A stretch of 63,799 nucleotides of DNA, the filler included, from Candidatus Fermentibacterota bacterium (GTDB lineage Bacteria > JAFGKV01): the NCBI GenBank assembly GCA_016928395.1. It is 5 parts of 5 records of this genome, joined end to end, with 100 filler letters (N's around TTAATTAATTAA, not from the genome) between each part and the next. Parts side by side here need not be neighbours in the genome. Positions count along the whole stretch, not along the records: positions 53,646 to 59,189 come from JAFGKV010000161.1; positions 59,290 to 63,799 come from JAFGKV010000165.1; 3 more parts are not named here. The stretch is one strand, 5' to 3'. The notes beneath the pieces are model-generated. The model did no database searches and was not told the DNA's origin. It saw only the letters and a program-made list of their open reading frames with translations. This document shows, one piece after another, positions 56,429 to 63,799 of the stretch. Both the position numbers and the translations under genes were made by a program. Positions within the stretch are counted from its first letter, which is position 1, and every line of letters starts with the position of its first letter.

Positions 56429-57168
56429 GGCGGCACTCCTCTCGGGTTGGGGCATGCGCGGCAACCTTCCAGCCATTGGTGGTCGTCGGCAGGCGGAACC
56501 GGCCCAGCTAAGGGCAGAACGGAATGTAGGGCGACGTGGAGACGACACCAAGAGTTCTGACCGCCATGCACCGGGCAGATGCAGACTGGCCGGGAATGAG
56601 GCGGTGACCTGCATTCTCTGCACGCCATGTCACCATGCCGCCGGTGGCGGGGGCTCCAGGCGTCCGAGCTATTAGACCCGCCTTCTTGCCGTGGCGCCTT
56701 GTCATCGCCGTGTCGCACAATCCGATGCCAGAAGGAACGTCAACGGATTGTTCCGCTCGCCGGCCCGTGAGACCTCCCCTCCTCACGACCAGATGTAGAC
56801 GCATCGGCACCCCGCGCTCCGCGACCGCGCGCGGGGGAACTCCCTCGCGGCATCAGCAATGCCCGAGTTCGGGCAGGCATGACGTGGAGCGCCCCCGACG
56901 AACACACGATATCGACGAGGGATGACGACCCCACACCGCAGCCCAGTGGCGCGGGACACAGCCGAGGCTCTGGTCAAGAGCACGGATGGTGACAGGGCAG
57001 GAATCGGCGCTTTCTTGGAGTGCCATGCGGAGAGATCCGCGGCCGGCCCGCGGCCCGAGGATCATCAGAACCGAGGCTAGGCATATTCCCATCCGGCCGG
57101 CGCTCGCCGCTGATGCCGCCTTCAGGCATACGGTTGTCGTTCCCGAGAGATGGTGAGGGAGAGGTATC

Positions 57169-58032
57169 GTGGCGCAGATGATCCTATTGGCGTATGTCAT
57201 GGCATCCTTGGGCACCTTCATCATTGGAGCAACCGTGCAGCCCATTTTGACTGAGAGGGCGCCAATGGACAGGGCAATGTCAGACTCGGGGCAGTTTTCT
57301 TGGATCGTGGGCCGCATCGCCAGGATTCCTTGGCAGCACTTGGTAAAACCACCACCAGGCAAGATCCCGATTTACGTGGACACGGAAGGCGGCGGGCAGA
57401 CGGTCGCCTACGCAGCGGAGGAACCCGTCTGCTCGGGAGTCCTTCTCATGGAAGGTAGAACCCTGCTCGCCGAGGGGCCTGCGAAGCGCCCAGGTTCCGA
57501 CGAGCGTTTCGCGGAACGCCAACTCGATGTGACCTCGTGGACCTGTCTTGACACCACCGGCATTCTTCTGCTCTTGGAGCGAATGGTTGACCAGTCAGTC
57601 CCATGGGAGCGCAAGGAGGCCGCGGAGCACGGTATCATCGGCGCCGGGCTTGACGCGATCCCCGTGTTGCTCGGGCGCTTGGAAGACCGGCGAGTCTGTC
57701 GGCATGATCAGGTCTTGCACAACGAGGGGGAACTCCCGAATCATCCCCCCCATGGGTCCTCGCCGGGCGAGACCAACCGTGACCTCGACGTCACGCTGGG
57801 TCGGTTTTGCGATGACATGCTCCGGTGGATCATCACGCCGCATGGCTATCAATCGCCCTACGCGAGCGATCCCGTGTCGCACCGCAGGGAAGATGTCTTC
57901 TTCACCACCGAGGATTGGCATGCCTGGTGGGTGACCCGCCGCGGGATGACACTCTCGCAGATCCGTGACCAGATGAAGCCCGTTATCGACGCGTACTGGC
58001 AATCAAACGGAGAGATCCAGACTGTACGGTAG
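57169..58032 (+). CDS. Hypothetical exported protein
   Basis: 287-aa ORF with a hydrophobic N-terminus, RBS GAGG and a HEAT-like AIPVLLGRLED segment. Confidence 0.55.
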   Translation: MAQMILLAYVMASLGTFIIGATVQPILTERAPMDRAMSDSGQFSWIVGRIARIPWQHLVKPPPGKIPIYVDTEGGGQTVAYAAEEPVCSGVLLMEGRTLLAEGPAKRPGSDERFAERQLDVTSWTCLDTTGILLLLERMVDQSVPWERKEAAEHGIIGAGLDAIPVLLGRLEDRRVCRHDQVLHNEGELPNHPPHGSSPGETNRDLDVTLGRFCDDMLRWIITPHGYQSPYASDPVSHRREDVFFTTEDWHAWWVTRRGMTLSQIRDQMKPVIDAYWQSNGEIQTVR

Positions 58033-58437
58033 GATGGGGGCACTGCACGGCGGAAGGCCGTCTGCTTTCATTGTATGAGGCGGCGCACGTCAATGTTCAT
58101 CGTGGTGCGTCAGCGCACGCGGGAGGGATGACCGCCACGGGCGACACCCTACAGCGGCGGTGAGCGGGGCCCACCTCATGGTACCTCGGGGAGAGGGGCG
58201 AGCCATGAGGCCGGGCCTCCCCGTGCCGGCGTGCGTTCTGAGGGCTTGCTGGCGCGCCGGGGGGATTCTCCCTGCTCCGCACCGAACGGTCGGGAACCTT
58301 GGAGGCGATGCCTGGGGCAGGGATACTTGACCGAGGCGGTTGAGCGTAGTTTATGGCGCGGGTGCCGAAACCACTCTCAGGCGGTTGCCGTAAGAGAGCA
58401 TGATCGCCCGCGGGGCGACACCCTGAAAGGAGAAACC

Positions 58438-58959
58438 ATGGCAGTGAAATCGATTCGAGTGGTGATGGTGATTGGGGTTCTGGCGGCATGCTGGGCCTGC
58501 GTTGTCGCGTGTGGTGGCAAGTCCACGGGGGAGCGATTGGCGGAGAAGGCCATGGAGAAGGCCATGGAGCGGGGTGGGGTCAAGGATGCCGATGTCGACA
58601 TGAAGAGCGGGAAGGTTCGCTTCAAGACCGAAGAGGGCGATGGCGAAATCTCCTATCAGGAGGAAGGTTGGCCCAAGGATCTTCCACACAGCGTGCCTGA
58701 ATTCTCCCTGGGGAAGGTGAAGGGAGTCATCCGCACGGAACGCGCCGAGAAGCAGTCATGGAACATTGTGCTGGAGTCTCTCGAAGACGGTGCGGTGGCG
58801 AAGTACGCCAAGCAGCTCGAGGGCAAAGGGTGGGCCATCATGAGCCAGATGACCACGCAGGAGGGCGGAATGGTTCAGGCCACCAAAGACGACCTCCTCC
58901 TCATCGGCATGTTCAACACCGAGGACGGAGAGGGAAGTCTCAGCATCGGGCATCAGTAG
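58438..58959 (+). CDS. Hypothetical lipoprotein
   Basis: RBS AAGGAG, lipobox VVAC, EKAMEKAME helix and WP.D.P..VP domain. Confidence 0.75.
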   Translation: MAVKSIRVVMVIGVLAACWACVVACGGKSTGERLAEKAMEKAMERGGVKDADVDMKSGKVRFKTEEGDGEISYQEEGWPKDLPHSVPEFSLGKVKGVIRTERAEKQSWNIVLESLEDGAVAKYAKQLEGKGWAIMSQMTTQEGGMVQATKDDLLLIGMFNTEDGEGSLSIGHQ

Positions 58960-59033
58960 GGGGGGTTCAGGCTCGCTTTGCGAGCGGGGCACACGGGTGA
59001 GAGCGGGCAATGATGGACCGGTGGAACGCCGCC

Positions 59034-59061
59034 CATCAGTTGTCAGTCATCAGTTGTCAGT
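59034..59061. repeat. Heptamer tandem repeat
   Basis: (CATCAGT TGTCAGT) x2. Confidence 0.7.
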
Positions 59062-59144
59062 GGGGCCTCTGGATGCAACTGCACCCAGGTCTTTCGAGGT
59101 GGAGAGTACGGCGCATCGGACGTGCGCGGTGCCGCGGCTTCTCT

Positions 59145-59166
59145 GTAGGAGCGGCTTCAGCCGAGA
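59145..59166 (+). repeat. GTAG-type REP element
   Basis: GTAGGAGCGGCTTCAGCCGAGA, with hairpin CGGCT/AGCCG. Confidence 0.65.
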
Positions 59167-59189
59167 CACGCAACCCCCGTCGGGCCTGA

Positions 59190-59289
59190 NNNNNNNNNNN
59201 NNNNNNNNNNNNNNNNNNNNNNNNNNNNNNNNNTTAATTAATTAANNNNNNNNNNNNNNNNNNNNNNNNNNNNNNNNNNNNNNNNNNNN
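59190..59289. other. Artificial contig spacer
   Basis: N-TTAATTAATTAA-N. Confidence 0.98.
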
Positions 59290-59441
59290 ACAGCACTTCC
59301 CCGGGGGTGTGCGCCCAGGATGTCCTCCGCCTTGGACACAGTCCTGGAGGCTACCGTAACCGTCACACCTTCGCAGTTCAGAAGGTAGCGGACCAGTGGT
59401 CGTGAGACGAGCCCGGCTCCCAGTACCAGTACATTCTTCAT
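59290..59441 (-). CDS. Saccharopine dehydrogenase, N-terminal fragment
   Basis: KNVLVLGAGLVSRPLVRYL...VTVASRT..KA Rossmann start; directly downstream of the LKR gene. Confidence 0.85.
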
Positions 59442-59481
59442 GGTGATTCCTTTCTCGGAGAGTGCCTGCGACTGCAGCGTA

Positions 59482-60807
59482 CTATGTTGATTTCAGATGT
59501 CGCGCCACGTGGCGCTCCAGGTAGGCGAAAGGCGGCGTGAGCTTTCCATGCCACAGGATTGTGGCGCGGCGAACCTCGATAGGAAGGCCGCTTTCCTCCA
59601 AAGAGGACCCGTAGTCTGCATCGGCAAAGGCTGGCACAAAGGGGTTCAGCGCGCGGCTGAACGCCTCTGATGCCTCCCGCGGGAACTCGCACGGGAGATT
59701 ATCCACCGCCATGACCACCGGCCCGCACCCAGCCACACCCAAAACGGTGACATGATGAATGGGATCGTACACATAGATGGGTTCATCGGGATCTGTTGCC
59801 TTCACCGTGAACTCAACCGATCCTTCTATGTCACAGCTGACATCCCCGACAACTCGGAGTCGTGGTCGCACTGGGCCGGTGACCTCACGCTGAAGCTGAT
59901 CCTTGGTGATGAGGCGGGGGTATCGGCTGTCCCAGTAGATGCCGTTGAGCAGAACAGTCAGGGAAGTCCAATAGTTGGCGAATACAGATCGATAGTTCTC
60001 CGGGTGGCCGAAGTAGTCGTTCAACTCGAAGCTGTGGGACGCGTCCACCGGTTCCACGAGATGCTCCTCCCGGAACACGACTTTGTAGATACGGTCACGG
60101 GCTCCCCGCGTCCTTATCAGACGAGCCAACTCCGCCGGAGCAAGCTCCTCTACCGGGAAGCACGCGAGCATCTCCTGTGCCCCTGTTGACACATTCCCAT
60201 ACCCTGCGAAGCCTATCACGACGGGGCAGAGAGCCTCGGGGAGGCCATCCTGTATGGTCGAACCGATGGCGCACAATTCCTCCTTGGCCCGCAGGGTTGT
60301 GCCGTAGTGATGGGCGGGCATCACCCGTTCTAGGGGAGTGTGCCATCCCTCCCACTTGAGCCGCTTGCCCAGAGCCCAGAGGGTGTCGACCATGCCCGCT
60401 TTGCCGGCGAAGCTCCCGAAGAAGATCAGCCTCCTTCCGCTTTCGTCGACCATTCTCTCGTAGTCGATGAGGTTGCACTTCTGCTCCATCAATCGCGCGA
60501 GCATCGGCATGTTGTGGGTCTGGCCCTTTATGACGTGGGAAAAGAAGACATAGGTCTTGCCCGCGGTGATGAAATCTATGGGGATTTCCTTCACCGCGAA
60601 GACCACATTGCATGGCGAGAGATCTTCGTCGATACGAGCACCGGCTTCACGGTACTCCTCGGCAGCGCATGCGCGGATCGGCGACGGCTGCACCACGAAG
60701 AGTATGCCATGTTCTGCGGCCAGCGTCTGTATGTCTGAGGGCACAATGGGGGCTCTTCGCTCCCATCTGTTCTTGTCTTCTCTTCGTACTCCGATGGTTG
60801 CACGCAC
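59482..60807 (-). CDS. Lysine-ketoglutarate reductase (LKR, AlaDh/PNT fold)
   Basis: RREDKNRWERRAP, VKE, FFSHVIKGQ..NM, IDYE, GNVS.GA, NGIYW, DVSCD..GS and VDNLP.E. Confidence 0.88.
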   Translation of the reverse strand: MRATIGVRREDKNRWERRAPIVPSDIQTLAAEHGILFVVQPSPIRACAAEEYREAGARIDEDLSPCNVVFAVKEIPIDFITAGKTYVFFSHVIKGQTHNMPMLARLMEQKCNLIDYERMVDESGRRLIFFGSFAGKAGMVDTLWALGKRLKWEGWHTPLERVMPAHHYGTTLRAKEELCAIGSTIQDGLPEALCPVVIGFAGYGNVSTGAQEMLACFPVEELAPAELARLIRTRGARDRIYKVVFREEHLVEPVDASHSFELNDYFGHPENYRSVFANYWTSLTVLLNGIYWDSRYPRLITKDQLQREVTGPVRPRLRVVGDVSCDIEGSVEFTVKATDPDEPIYVYDPIHHVTVLGVAGCGPVVMAVDNLPCEFPREASEAFSRALNPFVPAFADADYGSSLEESGLPIEVRRATILWHGKLTPPFAYLERHVARHLKST

Positions 60808-61232
60808 GTTTCTGCCTCCAGAACACCACGCCGGGGATGGTGGTAGTGGGAGTGGGCGGGAATCCGAACCTCTTGGGACAATCTGCGGGGAAAGCCAAAC
60901 CCACAGAAGTTCGGAGGATTTACCGCCCAGTCAAGGGTTGAAGAGGAAGTCGGCTGACCCGCAGTTGGCACTCAGGGACTGATGGTGCCGCCGATCTCAA
61001 GCACCCAGCAGGAGGCTCGACCAAGGGGAGGTTCTCTCTCCCCATGAATGGGGCGTGGAGTCTACGAAAGAGACGCGCAACAGGGAAGGGGTGTTGCCCG
61101 CCACACTCCAATGGCGAATCAAGCATGGCCGAGCGCCGATACCCCACGGCTTCCCGTGAGGCAATCAAGACCTACACCGCCAAGCGTCACAGTACCGGCC
61201 TCGCGATGCCGGATTCCAGGCAGCGTCCGATA

Positions 61233-62441
61233 TCAGGCCCCGGCATGCTCCTTCAGCGAGGCTGCCAGACGCCCGCCGAACTCACGGCAGCGCGCCAGTT
61301 CCTCCGGGCCGGGCACGTATTTCACCCGGAAGGGCGGCTCCGAAATCTCCACACCCATGTCCTTGAGGATCGTTTCCACATGGCCCGCTGCCTCGCCGCT
61401 CCATCCGAACGAACCGAAGGCCGCGCCGATCTTGTTCGCGGGCTTCAAGCCTTTCAGATAGGTCAGGGTGTCGGAAACAGTCGGAAACATGTTGCTGTTG
61501 ATGGTCGGTGTTCCCACGATCAAAGCCCCCGCATCGAGGAGGGCAGTGGCCACGTCGCTGCGGTGGCTGCCCGAGAGCGGCATCACCTTGGGCAGGGCTC
61601 CCCCCCCGGTGAGCCCTTCGGCGATGGCGCGGGCCATGAGCGCGGTGCTGTTCCACATGGTGTCGAAGAAGACGACGGCCTTCATCGTCGGCTTCTGAGC
61701 CGCCCATTTCTGATACCACCCCATCACGGTACCCACGTCCTGCCTCCAGACAGGACCATGGTCCGGCGCAATGATCCGGATGCTCCATCCGGTCTGCCGG
61801 ACACGATCCAGGGCCTTCTCAACGATCCGGGACAGAGGCATCAGGATGTTCGCGTAGTACTTGATCCCTTCGTGCTCCACAACCCACGGGTCGATTTCGT
61901 CGGCGAAGAGCCTGGAGGTGGCGAGATGCATGCCGAAGCCGTCTTGGGAGAAGAGAATGCCCTCGTCTGGCAGGAAAGTCATCATGCTGTCCGGCCAGTG
62001 GAGCATACGAGTCTCCAGAACAGCGAGCGACATGTTCCCCAAACTCAAGGTTTCTCCATCCTTGAGCGCCGTGAGCTGTTCACCCAGATCAAAGTGACTA
62101 TTCAGAGCCGTCACGCCCATGGGAGAGGCAAAAACCCTCTCGGGTTTGACCGCCTCGATGATGTACGGAAGGGAACCGCTATGGTCCATCTCCGCGTGAT
62201 TGGAGACTATGTAGTCGATACGGGAGGGATCTATGACAGATCGAATGCGTGAGAGCAGCTCATCCCTGAAGGGCGCCTTGACGGTGTCAATCAGCGTCAC
62301 CTTGTCCCCCAGGACAAGGTAGGCATTATAGGTAGACCCCCGGGACGTGGCGTACCCGTGGAAGTCACGCAATCCCCAATCGATCGCTCCAACCCAGAAT
62401 GTGCGCTCGCCAATCTGCATGGCTCGAAATGCCGTGCTCAT
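61233..62441 (-). CDS. fprA: Flavodiiron protein (FprA/ROO; O2/NO reductase)
   Basis: DFHGY, HAEMDH, HWPD, SQDGFG.H, PDHG and flavodoxin AFGSFGWSGE. Confidence 0.95.
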   Translation of the reverse strand: MSTAFRAMQIGERTFWVGAIDWGLRDFHGYATSRGSTYNAYLVLGDKVTLIDTVKAPFRDELLSRIRSVIDPSRIDYIVSNHAEMDHSGSLPYIIEAVKPERVFASPMGVTALNSHFDLGEQLTALKDGETLSLGNMSLAVLETRMLHWPDSMMTFLPDEGILFSQDGFGMHLATSRLFADEIDPWVVEHEGIKYYANILMPLSRIVEKALDRVRQTGWSIRIIAPDHGPVWRQDVGTVMGWYQKWAAQKPTMKAVVFFDTMWNSTALMARAIAEGLTGGGALPKVMPLSGSHRSDVATALLDAGALIVGTPTINSNMFPTVSDTLTYLKGLKPANKIGAAFGSFGWSGEAAGHVETILKDMGVEISEPPFRVKYVPGPEELARCREFGGRLAASLKEHAGA

Positions 62442-62451
62442 GATGTCCCCC

Positions 62452-62946
62452 TCAAGGCGTGAGTTCGCCGAGCTTGTCGCTGAGCAGCGCGATATGGCGG
62501 AATTCCTCCTCAATGATGTCGTCGAGCCGCTCCTTGCCCAGATTGGGACCGATGGCCGATCTCAGCCCAAGGTAGAAGATGATGGAGTCTTTCTCCAGGC
62601 CTATGGCCGTCTTCAGGATTTCCCGCAGCGTTTCCTCACCCGTAAGGCTCTCGGAGGGATCCTTGCGCGTATCGAACACATGGGTGCTGGCCATGGTTTT
62701 GAGATACATCTCTGATTCGCCGAAGGGATCGAACACCGGGCTTTCCTGTTCGCGGGTGCTCAGACCGTCTTTCATATCGGTGAAGGTCGCCAGGTGGTCG
62801 TCCTCCATCGCGGCGAGACTCAGCAGCATCTCCCTTGCCGGCTGGCCAGTGAATCCCTGGGCAGCCTTCCTGTAGAAGCGTGCGCCGTTGCGTTCGATGT
62901 CTTGTGCCATCTGGAACACTTCGCCCGCGCTGAACTTGACGCTCAT
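62452..62946 (-). CDS. Rubrerythrin-like ferritin-family protein (no rubredoxin domain)
   Basis: IE..G..FY, LA..E..H, EKDSI.FY and EE..H. Confidence 0.88.
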   Translation of the reverse strand: MSVKFSAGEVFQMAQDIERNGARFYRKAAQGFTGQPAREMLLSLAAMEDDHLATFTDMKDGLSTREQESPVFDPFGESEMYLKTMASTHVFDTRKDPSESLTGEETLREILKTAIGLEKDSIIFYLGLRSAIGPNLGKERLDDIIEEEFRHIALLSDKLGELTP

Positions 62947-62959
62947 GGATTCCTCCGTG

Positions 62960-63454
62960 TTATGCGGTTCGCTTCCCGAGGTTGTGGTCCATCATGAAGA
63001 GACCGTTCTTGGATTCTCCCATCATACGAAGGCGCTTCACCACTGAATCGGCGGTTGATTCTTCCTCGACCTGCTCGTTCACAAACCACTGGAGGAAGAA
63101 CTCGGTGGCATGGTCATTTTCCGCGCGTGCCAGGTCAACGAGACCGTCAATGCGAGAGGTGATGTGCTGTTCGTGGGCCAGCGCAGCCTCGAAGGCTGCC
63201 AAAGGTGACCCCCACTCCCGGGTAGGCTCCGCTATGGCGCCCAGCACTGGCCGGCCACCTCGCTCCTGGATGAAGTCAAACAGCTTCATCGCATGGGTCT
63301 CCTCTTCTTTTGCCTGGGCTCTCATCCATGCCGAGAAGCCCGGAAGATCCAGGGAGTTGTAATAGGCCGCCATGGCCAGATACAGGTAGGAGGAGAATAG
63401 CTCCTCATTGATTTGGTCGTTCAGGGCCTGTTCCATCTTCGGGGTCATCATCAT
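62960..63454 (-). CDS. ftnA: Non-heme ferritin
   Basis: LN.QIN.E..SSY.Y, EE..HA, HE..IT and LQWFV.EQVEEE. Confidence 0.95.
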   Translation of the reverse strand: MMMTPKMEQALNDQINEELFSSYLYLAMAAYYNSLDLPGFSAWMRAQAKEEETHAMKLFDFIQERGGRPVLGAIAEPTREWGSPLAAFEAALAHEQHITSRIDGLVDLARAENDHATEFFLQWFVNEQVEEESTADSVVKRLRMMGESKNGLFMMDHNLGKRTA

Positions 63455-63571
63455 GTTCCTCCTGGCATGACTTCAGGGAATGCAGAAGTCAGTTTCGATT
63501 CCATGGGCCATTTAGGCATGGGGAATGTCGACATGGTCGAGACCGAAGCGACATGTTCCACACGTCTCAGA

Positions 63572-63600
63572 TTGGTAGCAAGACCCGGGCCGTGTGTCAA
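63572..63600 (-). promoter_or_regulatory. Putative sigma70 promoter of the ftn operon
   Basis: On the - strand: TTGACA, 17-nt spacer, TACCAA, with a TG extension. Confidence 0.55.
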
Positions 63601-63799
63601 GGCCTTGCGAAGCGAGGGTCTGCAGCGTGCGATTCGATTGCTGATCTCCCACGTCAGTTCCCTCTCTTCCGTCGTTGCATCGCTCCCTCCGGGCAATTCC
63701 GGCTTTGGAGACTGGCAGTCGGGGGAACGCGAAAGCGGGCATACGCCACAACGGCATATGCCCGCCTCACACCGACCGTGTATGCTCGCTCTTGCCTAG

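Noticed and set aside
28538-59289. Four identical TTAATTAATTAA palindromes inside N-runs
   Set aside because: These are artificial six-frame-stop linkers, not biological repeats. ORFs running into them and cross-gap synteny are artefacts.
60940-60960. GAGGAAGTC resembling the RNase P RNA 5' motif
   Set aside because: The other conserved RNase P regions were not found.
1-63799. tRNA, rRNA, CRISPR arrays, transposases/integrases, prophage
   Set aside because: None recognised by eye in the intergenic regions or ORFs; a tRNAscan/cmscan run would be needed to exclude small RNAs.

Overview
This window is not continuous DNA. It is five contig pieces of a GC-rich bacterial draft genome or MAG (1-28537, 28638-49910, 50011-53545, 53646-59189, 59290-63799), joined by artificial N-TTAATTAATTAA-N spacers, so adjacency across a spacer means nothing. 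Gene content suggests an anaerobic, diderm, probably FCB-related candidate-phylum bacterium (inference from FlgD-Ig/T9SS-like C-terminal domains, a SWGAIKA C-terminal motif, and flavodiiron/ferritin genes). Most genes are housekeeping: wecB, rnd, hemW, lepA, ispH, argF, tatD, nadD, polA, coaE, prfB with its programmed +1 frameshift, ctpA and panD. Best leads: (1) an operon of two Ddl-like ATP-grasp ligases, a GNAT and a lysine-type KamA aminomutase, behind a near-consensus promoter and a ~110-nt nested, RBS-sequestering leader that looks like an undescribed riboswitch-type element; (2) a secreted 8-Cys/6-Trp acidic mini-protein clustered with a repeat beta-propeller protein and a membrane-anchored CPVC redoxin; (3) a cassette of two radical SAM/SPASM enzymes, a phosphodiesterase, a GT2 and a GmhA-GmhB fusion; (4) a stand-alone multi-ACT-like protein; (5) Thr-nucleophile 'sulfatases' and several distinct C-terminal sorting-like motifs; (6) split LKR/SDH genes with a structured upstream region; (7) mosaic REP-like repeats at contig ends. 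I recognised no rRNA, tRNA, CRISPR array or transposase.
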